From positions 384,001 to 448,000 of the forward strand of contig AP024596.1 of assembly GCA_019704295.1 (NCBI GenBank): DNA of 64,000 nt, written 5' to 3'. This stretch comes from Sulfolobales archaeon HS-7 (GTDB taxonomy: Archaea; Thermoproteota; Thermoprotei_A; Sulfolobales; Sulfolobaceae). Below the pieces are notes generated by a model. It saw nothing but the letters and a program-made list of their open reading frames with translations. It was not told the origin of the DNA and searched no databases. A program made the position numbers and the translations under genes. This document shows, in pieces, positions 41,163 to 52,171 of the stretch (the first letter of the stretch is position 1; the number at the start of each line of letters is the position of its first letter).

Positions 41163-42524
41163 TCAATACTTCGATAACATTTTGGCTGAAATGTATGTAA
41201 CACTGGCCAAGGAAATTATCGAAAAAACAAGCGAATATATTGGATAATAAAAGTAAAGTGCATATGCGATCAGTGGAATAATGATAACCTCGATTAGTCG
41301 TATGAAGTAAGAAATAGGATTAGTTAAACGTAACCCCCTTCCAGACAATATGGATCTGTAACTGATTATTAACGAGATCTCGGTACCCGCAACTACTGCT
41401 GGGAAAACCGCAATAGCTGGTAGGAATTGGCCAAAGAAAAGAAGTATGAAGGCCGTTATTAAGTATACAGCTGAGGAAAGAACGATTTTAGATATAAAGG
41501 AGTCCCTTACAGCTCCAGGGATCTGCAAGAGCAGGGAAAAGCCCCTCATTTCCAACACAACTAATGAAACCGTACCTGCAGAAAATAGAAATATGTCATA
41601 TGACACAGCTGCAGGTCTGTCAAAGAAGGCGATCATCAATGTAATAAAAGGTGCGGACAGTAGAAATCCGGCTTGAGGAACGCGAGTAATAGTCTTAAAG
41701 TCCTTTGAGATGAAGGAAAAAACAGGACCTCTAATTCCGATTTTATATGGTTCTATCTTAGAGGACTCTATTCTGGGTGCTGTAAAACCCATAACTGACT
41801 TAAATCCTAAAAACACTACTATGCCGGTGTAGATAAAGGAAAAAGGTATTGAAAGGATGTTGCTAAACGCGAACGGAAATACAGGAAGGTATGCTATGGG
41901 TAAAACCAATCTATGGCTTATTACATTACCTGTAAATAAACCTGGAATGGAGAAGAGTAGTAGGTAGACAACGAATGGCAAAATCCTTGCAAATGAGGAT
42001 ACTATTCCCAACTTAGTCTTTCTTCCGAGGTAAAACATGATAGCTATCGCTCCCGCAACGCCGAAAATCATCTCGAGTAATACCTGAAGTGCTACTATTA
42101 CATTATGAGTCAATAGGAAAGATATTATAGGGGGGAAAATCACGCTAATTGCCAAACCTAATAGGAAGAAGTCCATAATCCCTCGAGTTATAGCATACGT
42201 GGCTTCCTTTTCATCAAGAGGTAAGGAAAGGAGAAGAGTCCTCAGATCGTAGTTCGACGCATTATAAACCACATTTATCCCTATTGATATAACGTATACG
42301 AAAATAGCAAAGGCAAGGTAGCTAAACCCTATTCCTGGGTTTTTAAAAAAGTAGGACAGGAATGCGGAGAGGAGTATCATGAACATATAGCTTATTGTAT
42401 TCGATATCTTTATTGTAGTAGCGTTATTCCGTATATTTATATTGCGCTGGCTCTGGATACCATAAAGTCTACTGCTGTACATTAAGTAGACTAATTCTTT
42501 ATAGACTGCCTGATAGGGTTTCAA
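41163..42524 (-). CDS. ABC-2-type exporter permease
   Basis: Multi-TM, LLSLPL and KDFKTITR motifs; coupled to the ABC ATPase. Confidence 0.8.
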   Translation of the reverse strand: MKPYQAVYKELVYLMYSSRLYGIQSQRNINIRNNATTIKISNTISYMFMILLSAFLSYFFKNPGIGFSYLAFAIFVYVISIGINVVYNASNYDLRTLLLSLPLDEKEATYAITRGIMDFFLLGLAISVIFPPIISFLLTHNVIVALQVLLEMIFGVAGAIAIMFYLGRKTKLGIVSSFARILPFVVYLLLFSIPGLFTGNVISHRLVLPIAYLPVFPFAFSNILSIPFSFIYTGIVVFLGFKSVMGFTAPRIESSKIEPYKIGIRGPVFSFISKDFKTITRVPQAGFLLSAPFITLMIAFFDRPAAVSYDIFLFSAGTVSLVVLEMRGFSLLLQIPGAVRDSFISKIVLSSAVYLITAFILLFFGQFLPAIAVFPAVVAGTEISLIISYRSILSGRGLRLTNPISYFIRLIEVIIIPLIAYALYFYYPIYSLVFSIISLASVTYISAKMLSKY

Positions 42525-43252
42525 CTTTCAAGACCTTTTACGATTTCTCTTACCTGTTCATCTAAGCCCGTAACGGAGAGGAATACATCCTCTAGCGTTT
42601 TTCCTGCCTCTCTTACCTTTCCTGGTTCCGTTTCTAGTACAATAGAACCCGCTCTCATTATACCTATTCTATTACATACTTTCTCTGCTATCTCCATTAT
42701 ATGTGTTGAGAACACTATCCCCCCTCCTTCCTTAATCTGAGAGTTCATGATTTCCTTTAGTATTCTAGTCGTAACTATATCTAAGGAGTTAAACGCTTCA
42801 TCTAAGATCAACAGTTTCGGAGAATGTAGCAAAGCTATAAGTATTGAAACCTTTTGCCTATTCCCCATTGATAGTTGAGCTATTGGAGTATTCATGTATT
42901 GCTCCAACGAGAAGGCATTAACCAGCTTATTAGCCCTATCGGCATTCTTTAAGCCCCTCACGCTAAGCACGAATCCTATTAACTCTGATGGCGTCATATG
43001 TTCGTAGAGGGCAGGCTGTTCCGGGACATATCCCACTAGGTTCTTTACCTCTTTCCTCCTATTGGACATGCCATTGATTTCAATAGTTCCTGAAAAGTTA
43101 ATCATGTTCATTATGGCCTTTAATGTACTGCTTTTACCTGCACCGTTAGGTCCTAAAAGGCAATATACCTCATTTCCTACGCCAAAGGTAAGGTTATTAA
43201 CTGCTATCACTTCGCCATATTTTACCGTTACGTTATTAACGCTCAGTAACAT
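42521..43252 (-). CDS. ABC transporter ATP-binding protein
   Basis: GPNGAGKS, LSMGNRQK, LILDE, STH. Confidence 0.93.
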   Translation of the reverse strand: MLLSVNNVTVKYGEVIAVNNLTFGVGNEVYCLLGPNGAGKSSTLKAIMNMINFSGTIEINGMSNRRKEVKNLVGYVPEQPALYEHMTPSELIGFVLSVRGLKNADRANKLVNAFSLEQYMNTPIAQLSMGNRQKVSILIALLHSPKLLILDEAFNSLDIVTTRILKEIMNSQIKEGGGIVFSTHIMEIAEKVCNRIGIMRAGSIVLETEPGKVREAGKTLEDVFLSVTGLDEQVREIVKGLES

Positions 43253-43316
43253 TAAAGAAAATGGGAAAACTACGTTTAATAGTTTTATGCTATTTCTATA
43301 TGCTGAACGTTTACTA

Positions 43317-43368
43317 GCTCAGTGTTTGCACTTGTCATCACTCTCAGTTCCCGAGTTCGACATCACGG
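43317..43368 (-). ncRNA. C/D box methylation guide sRNA
   Basis: Minus strand: GTGATGT (C) - CGAACTCGGGAA - CTGA (D') - GA - GTGATGA (C') - CAAGTGCAAACA - CTGA (D); two 12-nt guides with canonical archaeal spacing, intergenic. Confidence 0.85.
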
Positions 43369-43768
43369 CTAATAAAAAATAATGTAATCAACGCTTTAAT
43401 CTTTACTTATTATTAACTATCTACCTAACGAAACGGGATTGATGAGTAATTGACGCCATGAAGTGTTAGCTATTGGGACTCCTAAATTCCTGGAAGCTTT
43501 CATTTCAAAGAGCATAAATATAGTGACCCCTCGATGTCTTACCGTGAGTTCTTATAGTCAAGGTCCGACCTTTGTCTAGGGATAATTATACTTTATCGAA
43601 CTCTAAAGTTCAACATATATTTCATTCCTCCTTTAGCATTAACCCCGTTCAAGGAATCACCTTGATAAAGGGAAATTCGATCCATTGAAGTGTGAAGAAG
43701 TGTAACTTACCTACGACAAAAGGTGCGTAAAATTCAAGTATATTAATCATAATATCCCCTAATGTAGT

Positions 43769-45280
43769 GTGAACACTTTAGAAATTTCGCTCCTTGATTT
43801 AGGGGTAATGCTGATACTGGCAAAACTAGCCGAGGAAGCTTTAGACAGGATAGGACTAGTAAGGTTTGTCGGGCCAATTATAGTCGGCATAATCCTAGGA
43901 AAGGGAGTTCTCGGACTAATACCAGTAAATCCGATTATTTCCTTTGTGACATCCTTAGGTATCGTGTTTCTGCTTTTCTTAGCTGGTGCAGAAGAAATAG
44001 GGGGTGAATTGAGGGGCAGTTCTACATATCTTATATCCTCAATACTACAAGTGATTGTTCCCGTTGCCATCGTTACTTTGCTCCTCTACTCCCTGGGTTA
44101 CTTTTCCCTACCACTGATAATTCCGCTGGCTATGACAAGCGTTGGTCCACTAACTAGAATGTTGATGGACTTGAACCTAACTAAAGACAGAAGGGGGATA
44201 GCAGTTTTCTATCAAGCCACATTGGCTGAAATACTTGCCGTTATCCTCTTTGCTATATTCCTATCTAAGGAGGATATACTATTATCAATTATAGAAATCT
44301 CGATCCTATTCATTGCGATTTTCCTTTTAGGTTCGAAACTCTCAGTAATCCTTGAGAGAATTGAAGGATACGTGAAGGTAAGGGAGATAGAATTTGCCTC
44401 ACTAATATCGTTCATATTCGTCATAGGTGCGATTGCTCAACTTTACAATTTCAATTCAGCCATAGCAGCCCTCTTCTTAGGCTTTCTCTTAAGGGATTAC
44501 TTCGCCGATAGACCTGAGTTAAAGGAGAGACTCCATGGCTTCACATACGGATTCTTTGAACCTCTCTTTTTCGTAAGCATTGGTTTGTATTTCGTTAAAA
44601 TTACAACTTCCATCTTAATAATAGGAGGGTTAGTGTTACTTACAATTGTCATAGGGAAACTATTAGCGGGGACTTTAACATCAAAGTTAGCTGGAGTCGA
44701 AATTCCCTTTAACGCGCTCGCTACATCAACTAAGGGTGGAGTTGACGCCTCTCTTCTAATAGCAGCGCTAACTGCAGGTGCCATAACCGGATACGAGTAT
44801 TCGTTAGGAGCATTAGCAATAACCTTAGCCGCGCTTATTATACCCTTATTATTTAGGTTGAAATACGGCGTAGGGTTTCAGACAGAAAGTTCAGTGAAGC
44901 TGAGTCAACCCATATCATCTATAATAAGGGATAAAAAACCCATTTTCGCTACTTGTTCTGAAAACCTAAGAAATGTCATAGAAAAGTTATCAGAGAAAGG
45001 AGCAAGAGCCATAGCCGTTGTAAACGAAAACAGAAAACCCATAGGAATGATAACCGTACAGCAACTCATCGAAATTGATCCTTCCCTTTATACAGTTTTA
45101 AATCCGTGTAACGTAGATTTGCAAGAGGTATTAATAATAGACGACGATCCTAAGGTTATAGAGGTGTTGAGGAAATTCAGGGAAACCGAAAGTCCGCTAA
45201 TAATAATTGTGGATAGGGACGGTACTTTAGTCAATACGATTTATGAAAGGGAAATACTGAGAGAAATTAGCAAAATCTGA
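43769..45280 (+). CDS. cation:proton antiporter (CPA2) with C-terminal CBS domains
   Basis: GIILG, GIVFLLFLAGAE, FFEPLFFVSIG, KGGV; C-terminal CBS pair. Confidence 0.88.
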   Translation: MNTLEISLLDLGVMLILAKLAEEALDRIGLVRFVGPIIVGIILGKGVLGLIPVNPIISFVTSLGIVFLLFLAGAEEIGGELRGSSTYLISSILQVIVPVAIVTLLLYSLGYFSLPLIIPLAMTSVGPLTRMLMDLNLTKDRRGIAVFYQATLAEILAVILFAIFLSKEDILLSIIEISILFIAIFLLGSKLSVILERIEGYVKVREIEFASLISFIFVIGAIAQLYNFNSAIAALFLGFLLRDYFADRPELKERLHGFTYGFFEPLFFVSIGLYFVKITTSILIIGGLVLLTIVIGKLLAGTLTSKLAGVEIPFNALATSTKGGVDASLLIAALTAGAITGYEYSLGALAITLAALIIPLLFRLKYGVGFQTESSVKLSQPISSIIRDKKPIFATCSENLRNVIEKLSEKGARAIAVVNENRKPIGMITVQQLIEIDPSLYTVLNPCNVDLQEVLIIDDDPKVIEVLRKFRETESPLIIIVDRDGTLVNTIYEREILREISKI

Positions 45281-45837
45281 TACTGTGTTGGCCGGAGTCT
45301 CTTTTTAGGTGAACATGCCCTTACGGACGACAGGTCTGAACTTTTAATTTTTTTAAACAATTCTTCATAACTCATTCCATCTCTCTAATACGTTGTACGA
45401 AAGAGGTGTTACGGATATCTCCTCACTTCACAGATTAAGTGGACGATAGGGATAAAGAGGACGAGCTTGTAGTAGATATATTAATGATAATAGTCGCCGA
45501 TAAACGAGTGTACCTAAGGGACATAAGCGAGGTTAACGTGATGAAATCTAATGCGTGGTTAAAATACCTCGTTCCCTATGGAGAGCTAAGAAGCCCTGTT
45601 CATAACGTAATTCGCTGCCTTGGTTGTAGCAGCACAATTTGCCCCTATAATTAAACTCCTAGATATCACCTCTTTTCTACTAAAGAATTTCAATGAATTA
45701 TTACTTTTCTGTATTATTCATAACTGATACTCGTACTTGTCAGGATGTTCGTGATGGAATTGAAAGTCTTCAATTGCTATTTGGGAAATATAATGCAAAT
45801 TCTTGAAATACTAGAAAGTTCTGTAAACACGCAAAGA

Positions 45838-46974
45838 TTAGACCCTTACGCTTCTCAGGTTACGCAACCCTATGACTAGGTTTACTAAAACTAGAGAGCC
45901 CCCAATTAATGATACCACCCATATATATACCGGGAGTAAATATCCTGCTAACTCTATGAAAGTAGTACGCGAAATACCTGTTACCATTTCATCAAACCCA
46001 TAAACGCTACTAAGGAATTCACCTGAACCCTGCTTTAACGTAGACGCATAGAGTATTTCGTAAAGTCCGTCGGCACTTCCAATGCAGGTAGCCCCGTATA
46101 CCCCTGAGTACGGATTATGGATTAGGAGTACGGCAAATAACGACATCTTCGCTATTCCATTGAATAAAATCATTGAGGTAGAGTCCTTAAGAATCCTCAT
46201 CAAGTTATTCCCTCCTAATAATCCCAACTGATAACCAATAGTGGCTACAGAGTAAATCAATGGAGTCCCTCCATAATATGATATTATCGCAGGTAGAAAA
46301 GAGTAGAACATGAATATTCCTCCTTGATCTAATGTTAATCCTAAGATCATTGATCTCACCTCCCTACTGCTCTTAAAAACCTCAAAACCTTTTGTTATTT
46401 TCACCTTTTTCCCCTGCTTCGTCGGAAGATATAACGTAACTATTAGACGGACTATAAATATGATACCGGAAATGAAAAAAACGTAGACGCCAATCATGTT
46501 AAAGAGAAAGGGCCAGATTACTATCGTTAAGATTGCTATAGGCTGGTTTACCCATCTTAATATGTTGAGACCTCTTTTTATCGAATCTCTGGGAATTACA
46601 TCATATAGCGTCGCTTGACCTACTATAGTTATCATTTCTGAAAAAAATGTCCTTGTATAATATATTAGGATAAATAAATAAAGATCCTTTGTTAAGATAC
46701 CGTAAAGTACTGCGAAGATTAACAGGGCGGAAACCGTTCTCCCTAGAATTAACACCGATCTACGTTCGAATCTGTCACCCAAATAGCCACCAAGCAAAGA
46801 CGTAATTGTTCTCATGATGGGCTTTGCAATCACTACGAAGGAAAAATCTAAGAAGTTGGGAAAATACTCATAGGTTCCCCAAAGCACAGTCATATCAAAT
46901 AGGTACCTACCAATGTAACTTAGCGCTGAAGAGACCATAAAAGCCCTAAACGCCCTTATCTTGAGAGGGTCCAA
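45838..46974 (-). CDS. MFS transporter
   Basis: GGYLGDRFERR motif A; about 12 TM. Confidence 0.85.
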   Translation of the reverse strand: MDPLKIRAFRAFMVSSALSYIGRYLFDMTVLWGTYEYFPNFLDFSFVVIAKPIMRTITSLLGGYLGDRFERRSVLILGRTVSALLIFAVLYGILTKDLYLFILIYYTRTFFSEMITIVGQATLYDVIPRDSIKRGLNILRWVNQPIAILTIVIWPFLFNMIGVYVFFISGIIFIVRLIVTLYLPTKQGKKVKITKGFEVFKSSREVRSMILGLTLDQGGIFMFYSFLPAIISYYGGTPLIYSVATIGYQLGLLGGNNLMRILKDSTSMILFNGIAKMSLFAVLLIHNPYSGVYGATCIGSADGLYEILYASTLKQGSGEFLSSVYGFDEMVTGISRTTFIELAGYLLPVYIWVVSLIGGSLVLVNLVIGLRNLRSVRV

Positions 46975-47382
46975 TTCTTTCGTTATTAAAGATCAAACAG
47001 GTAAAATAAACTTTTGATCTTTCTATCTGGTCATATATTTAAGTTCACAAAGGTTGAAGGTCCTTTCTTTACAGTATTCAATCAGTTAGACTTTAGGGCT
47101 AAGTAGTTGGATGAACAAATAATATTATCCATGTAATTCACTTCGTTTCGATTGGTATAACGCCGATTTTACTAAAAATGAGATAATTTAGGCAATTCAG
47201 GTATTTTTCTGAATTATAATTCGCGAAAAAGATAAATAAAGTAAATTACTGAGCGTAAATCCCACAGAGAAGATAGTTTTCAGTTAAATTTGTAACACAC
47301 CCTTAAATAAGGAAAGTATACTTGAATAGCCCTCGCATAACAGATAAGAAAACTTATTCACTACAAGAACGTTATTAATTTA

Positions 47383-49383
47383 ATGGAACTGGAACACTTA
47401 CCTCTTGTTCAAGGTAAGGGAAAATATGTTGATGACATCAAGGTGGAATCCTTATATTTAGGCATGATCAGATCCCCTTACCCGAGAGCAAGAATCGTTA
47501 GAATACTTCGTCCAGAGAAGGCGAGATTTTTCTTTACTAACGTGGACCTTCCGGCATATTTGCCAATCGTAGCTCCTAAGGAGGCCAAAGTAGTGAGGAT
47601 GCCAGTATTCGCAGAGTCTGTTGTTAATTTCGTCGGGCAACCCGTTGCAGCAGTGGTCGCTAATAGTCCGGAGGAAGTGGAAGATCTAATTGAGGAGACT
47701 AATGTCGAATATGAAGAACTGGAACCCTCTACTGAACTAATCGATCCGAAGATTGAAATTCATGCTGGAGTTTCGAAAAATATATCCTTTAAAACTAAAG
47801 TAAAGGGAGGAAATCAAAACGAATTCTCACACGCGGATATAGAAGTTGAAAGGGAGATAACTATGGAAAGGGTAGTAGCGAATCCTATGGAAACAAAGGG
47901 AATCCTGGCTTACTATGACGGTATGTTAAGGGTTTTTGTCTCAGCACAAACCGTATTTAGAATAAGAAGAGAACTGTCTCAGGTGCTTAATATCCCCCCA
48001 GAGAAGATCGAGGTAAATGTTCCTGACGTGGGGGGAGGATTTGGAAATAAAGTACCATTACATGCAGAGTACGCTATTACCGCCTTTGCCGCGATCAAGA
48101 CCGGCAAACCAGTAAAGTGGATTGAAACGAGAACAGAACATCTAAATAATCCCACTCAGGGAAAAGGGGTTTATGCCAAAGTAAAACTTTACGGTAGGCG
48201 AACAGGAGAGATAATTGGCTTCAAGGGAACGGTTATCAACGACTTAGGTGCATACAACTACACTATTAATACCACTACGGCATCATTCATAGCATCCCTC
48301 ATTACTGGTCCGTATCAAGTGAAGGCCGTTGAGATTGATGCAATCAGCGTTTTCACTAACAGACCTCCAACTGGACCGTATAGAGGAGCAGGGAGGCCAG
48401 AAGCAGCTCTAATTCACGAGTCCCTAATAGAGGACTTTGCTGAGGAGGTAAAGATGGATTCTATTCAGGTAAGAAGGATTAACGTGATAAAAGGGCCTTA
48501 TAACACCCCTACAGGACTAAGCATAGACAGGGCAGGGTATCAAGAGGTCTTAGAGACGGCAGGAGAGGTGTTGAGATCCAGGGGCGGTGCGATTGCCTTT
48601 TTCTCAGAACAGACTAGGGGTTTACCTGGGGAAAGCGCTAAAATCCGACTTAAAGGCGATGAGGTGGAGGTCATAGTTGGTTCTAGGAATCACGGTCAGG
48701 GACATGCAACGGTTTTCAGGAAGTTAGTCTCGCAAGTCCTTGGCATCCCCGAGGCTAAGGTAAAGGTAAGGCCTGCTAACAGCCCCGATCTCAAAGACGG
48801 TATAGGAAGTTTTGGGAGCAGAAGTGTGATAGCTGGGGGATCTGCAGTTATAGAAGCGTCGCTAAAACTTAGAGAGAAAATTGGAGAGTTGTCAGTAGAG
48901 GAGGCATTCAAACGCCTAGGTCCTATTGATATAGAGGTGTTTAAGGAAGTGCCCGATATTTTCAGCCCTGGAGCGCACGTAACGGAAGTAGAAGTAGATC
49001 CTGAAACCTGCATACCTAGAGTAAAGTACTATTTTGCTGTAGACGACATAGGAAAGGTGATTAACTTTGATGACGCTAAAGGGCAAGTAATTGGCGGAGT
49101 TATTCAGGGAATTTCTGAGGTACTGTGGGAATGGGCAAGATATGACAAGAATGGTAATCCTCAATTTAGTTCGATTGCGGATGAAGGAGTTCCAACTCCA
49201 GTAGAGGTTCCTGAAGTATTGTCTAAATTTGTCGAATTTCCGTCCTCCTTACCTCACGGAGCTAGAGGTATCGGAGAAGGAGGTACTATAGGCGGTATGG
49301 TAGCTACTTTTATAGCGTTAGAGAAAAAAACTAAGAAAAAATTCAAAAGAATTCCTATCTTACCTGAGGATATATGCCTCTAG
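47383..49383 (+). CDS. aldehyde oxidoreductase (CutA/glyceraldehyde dehydrogenase-like) molybdopterin large subunit
   Basis: GKGKYVDD, RSPYP.A, PMETKG, DVGGGFGNK, PYRGAGRPEA, HGQG, GSFGSRS, GQVIGGVIQG, GARGIGE. Confidence 0.92.
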   Translation: MELEHLPLVQGKGKYVDDIKVESLYLGMIRSPYPRARIVRILRPEKARFFFTNVDLPAYLPIVAPKEAKVVRMPVFAESVVNFVGQPVAAVVANSPEEVEDLIEETNVEYEELEPSTELIDPKIEIHAGVSKNISFKTKVKGGNQNEFSHADIEVEREITMERVVANPMETKGILAYYDGMLRVFVSAQTVFRIRRELSQVLNIPPEKIEVNVPDVGGGFGNKVPLHAEYAITAFAAIKTGKPVKWIETRTEHLNNPTQGKGVYAKVKLYGRRTGEIIGFKGTVINDLGAYNYTINTTTASFIASLITGPYQVKAVEIDAISVFTNRPPTGPYRGAGRPEAALIHESLIEDFAEEVKMDSIQVRRINVIKGPYNTPTGLSIDRAGYQEVLETAGEVLRSRGGAIAFFSEQTRGLPGESAKIRLKGDEVEVIVGSRNHGQGHATVFRKLVSQVLGIPEAKVKVRPANSPDLKDGIGSFGSRSVIAGGSAVIEASLKLREKIGELSVEEAFKRLGPIDIEVFKEVPDIFSPGAHVTEVEVDPETCIPRVKYYFAVDDIGKVINFDDAKGQVIGGVIQGISEVLWEWARYDKNGNPQFSSIADEGVPTPVEVPEVLSKFVEFPSSLPHGARGIGEGGTIGGMVATFIALEKKTKKKFKRIPILPEDICL

Positions 49384-49437
49384 TCACTTCTTCTTTTTCT
49401 CCTCTTGTTTATGCTCTTCTTTCTTGCCTTTTGCCAT
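49384..49437 (-). CDS. putative 17-aa Lys/Glu-rich microprotein MAKGKKEEHKQEEKKKK
   Basis: ATG at 49437, AGGTGA SD 5 nt upstream, AGAAAG+TTTATTAA BRE/TATA at 49467-49480; below the ORF-track cutoff. Confidence 0.55.
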   Translation of the reverse strand: MAKGKKEEHKQEEKKKK

Positions 49438-49752
49438 GTTTGTCACCTATCAATTACAAGAGCTAGTTAATAAACTTTCTTTATAAACAAAAGATGATAT
49501 CGTCCTTGTAAAAAAACCAGTTCATAGCCCCTTATGTTATAACTCTAGTAGGATACGCTATTTTAGATTTTCTTTGCAATTTCAATTAGGTTTCAGAATT
49601 TTAAAAAATACTTTAACGTTATCGTGAACCACCTATACTAAGATGCGTTAATTTAATTAGATATTCCCTAGCATAGTCAATTACTTAAGTTGATAATGAA
49701 GCTGCGAACTGTCCGATAAAATTACTATTTAAAATTCAAAGACTGAATAAAT

Positions 49753-50946
49753 TCAGTTCCTCATCCCTATTCTCAACGTTTCAGGACCTGCCAGTAATCC
49801 ACCGATTGCTAATAAAAAGCCTGCACCCAGAACTATTGCTGGAGCCTCAAAAGCTCCTATAGCCTTTGATAATAAGGCAATGTAAATTTGGGTAAATCCC
49901 GCTATTATGAATGCGCCATTATATGCAAATCCAACCCCCGTGGCTCTGCTAAATGTTCTAAACCTCTCAGCCAGATATACAGGCGAAATGGCAGATGCTA
50001 TATTTACTCCGAACCCAAAGGCTAGTATAGACGCCACATCACTTCTACCTAAAATATAAAACGGTATGCCAATAGCTATCCCTACTATAGAACCTAAAAC
50101 GGCTATGGTTTTCCGACCTATGTAATCTGACAAAAATCCAGATAGTATCATTGCGGGTATTCCAATGGCGTTCATAATTACTAGGAGTGAACCGAAATAC
50201 GCTGGGCTTAAGTGCAGTACGCTTCCGAAGAATACGGAGAGATATTGAGGTCCTGCGTAAATCGCAACCCAAAACCCTATCATAACTAATAGCGTTTGAA
50301 ATATGGGTCTAAGGCCTTTGAATGGGTTTTCCTTTTTTGCTTCAACGTATATTTTAGGTTCCACTGCGTATGCCCTTATAATTAGGGCTAGGATGGCGGG
50401 TATCATACCTATTCCAAAGATCAATCTCCAACCGTAGGAGAGGAACCAAGGTTCCTTAGCAAGAGAGGTAAATAGAAGGTCCACTATCACGAAACCTGCT
50501 AGAGTTCCAGATTGGAGAATGCCTGCCATAAGTCCCCTCTTATTGGTGACGCTTTCCATAGCTATTGTAAAGCTGGAGGAAACATCACCACCAATAAAAA
50601 TTCCCTGAATTAACCTTAACACTGAAAGGGCCACTGCTGCGATAATACCTACCTGAAAATATGTTGGTAAGAAAGCAGTTATTCCTATTGAAGCCGCGTA
50701 ACCTAAAACTGTCAGAATAAAAGCGAACTTTCTTCCTCTTAAATCTGCTAAGTACCCGAATAAAAAACCGCCCAAGGGTCTAGTTATTACCGTGAACACT
50801 ATTGGGAGAACAGCGCCTAACAAACCCAATGTGGGAAAGAAGAGTTTCCCTAGAATTGATGCCGTAATAACAACTGCTCCTAAGTCGTAGGAATCCATAA
50901 GCCAGGAAGTATAAGCCCCTATATAGTTGAACCTTTCGGAAGGCAT
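49753..50946 (-). CDS. MFS transporter (metabolite:H+ symporter-like)
   Basis: [51 protein letters not shown]. Confidence 0.92.
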   Translation of the reverse strand: MPSERFNYIGAYTSWLMDSYDLGAVVITASILGKLFFPTLGLLGAVLPIVFTVITRPLGGFLFGYLADLRGRKFAFILTVLGYAASIGITAFLPTYFQVGIIAAVALSVLRLIQGIFIGGDVSSSFTIAMESVTNKRGLMAGILQSGTLAGFVIVDLLFTSLAKEPWFLSYGWRLIFGIGMIPAILALIIRAYAVEPKIYVEAKKENPFKGLRPIFQTLLVMIGFWVAIYAGPQYLSVFFGSVLHLSPAYFGSLLVIMNAIGIPAMILSGFLSDYIGRKTIAVLGSIVGIAIGIPFYILGRSDVASILAFGFGVNIASAISPVYLAERFRTFSRATGVGFAYNGAFIIAGFTQIYIALLSKAIGAFEAPAIVLGAGFLLAIGGLLAGPETLRIGMRN

Positions 50947-51125
50947 ACTTTTATCTCTTTGTATAAGATTAAAAAATTTTCAACAAGGAGTTTTAGTATA
51001 GAATAAATGTTTTCGTTAAAAATAACATTAATTTCTCGATATATCTAAGAAAGAACTCAATGTTTATACTTTATCTACTATAATTATTTAAATGCCTTTT
51101 AACTAACTATATTTTTGGTGGTAAC

Positions 51126-51665
51126 GTGACACAGAAAAATGTACAAGCTAACACCACGAGAATGGAGTATTTGTTTCCGGTAAGATTTGCTGTAGGATGG
51201 ATGTTTCTTGACGGCGGGTTAAGGAAAGCAGTTTTAGCTCCAGTCAAGTTAAATCCCAATTCCCCTTCATTTGCAGGAGGGAAGTTAGTCAACTTTTTAC
51301 CCCACGCAGGTCCATTTCAGGGATTTCTCTTAACAATACTTGAAAACAGGGGTCTAGATATAGCCTTTATTACAACTTTCAGCTATCTGGAGATAATAGT
51401 AGGGCTCCTTTTAGTATTGGGGCTTTTAACAAGGTTAAGCGCGTTTGGAGCTGCATTAATGGCGGCCGGGTTTGCCCCTGCGTACTGGTTAGGTTCTACT
51501 TGCGAGGATGAGTGGCAGATAGGCGCTCTGTTAGTTGCTGGAGCGATAACGTTAATGTTAACAGCTTCTGGAAGGACATTTGGACTAGATAAATTCCTCT
51601 ATGAGAAGTTTGGAGACAGGGGGATAGCTAACGTACCTATACTAAAGTGGATAAAGTTATGGTGA
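51126..51665 (+). CDS. doxD: thiosulfate:quinone oxidoreductase subunit DoxD
   Basis: [38 protein letters not shown]. Confidence 0.92.
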   Translation: MTQKNVQANTTRMEYLFPVRFAVGWMFLDGGLRKAVLAPVKLNPNSPSFAGGKLVNFLPHAGPFQGFLLTILENRGLDIAFITTFSYLEIIVGLLLVLGLLTRLSAFGAALMAAGFAPAYWLGSTCEDEWQIGALLVAGAITLMLTASGRTFGLDKFLYEKFGDRGIANVPILKWIKLW

Positions 51666-51670
51666 GCATC

Positions 51671-52171
51671 ATGGATAGAACAACAGTTGTCGCACTAATC
51701 TTCGGCCTGATAATCGTTGGATTCGTATGGGGCACAGGCCAGTGGGCCTATGGAAATTTATACGGACCTTTATTTAATGATTCTAAATTACCTGAGCTAA
51801 GAATAACGTATATTACGTCTGAACAACTAAACAACGGAACGATGATAATAATGAATGTAACTGATATCGATGGACCTGACGCCTATCCGGCAAGTGCACC
51901 ACTCATGGAAATCTACAACTCAACATGGCACGTTTATCTGAACTCATCTCAGATATCGCGCTATACAGTGGCAATAATCCAAGCACCTTGGAACTCCGTA
52001 AAGAAGGACTTCGTGAATAATTACACGGGCATTGCCGTCATCTTGGGAACTATGGCTCAATTTCACCTTAGTCTTCCATATCATCTTACAAAAGGAGAAT
52101 ACAAAATAATACTGTATACACCCGCTATTAGTCTAAGTAGGGAGGCAGTAGCTGAGTTTTCAGTTAGCTAG
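51671..52171 (+). CDS. doxA: thiosulfate:quinone oxidoreductase subunit DoxA
   Basis: [36 protein letters not shown]; follows doxD; start set at ATG after GGTGA. Confidence 0.88.
   Translation: MDRTTVVALIFGLIIVGFVWGTGQWAYGNLYGPLFNDSKLPELRITYITSEQLNNGTMIIMNVTDIDGPDAYPASAPLMEIYNSTWHVYLNSSQISRYTVAIIQAPWNSVKKDFVNNYTGIAVILGTMAQFHLSLPYHLTKGEYKIILYTPAISLSREAVAEFSVS

Noticed and set aside
45380-45654. 71-aa ORF or pseudogene fragment
   Set aside because: Possibly gene debris, but no assignable homology.
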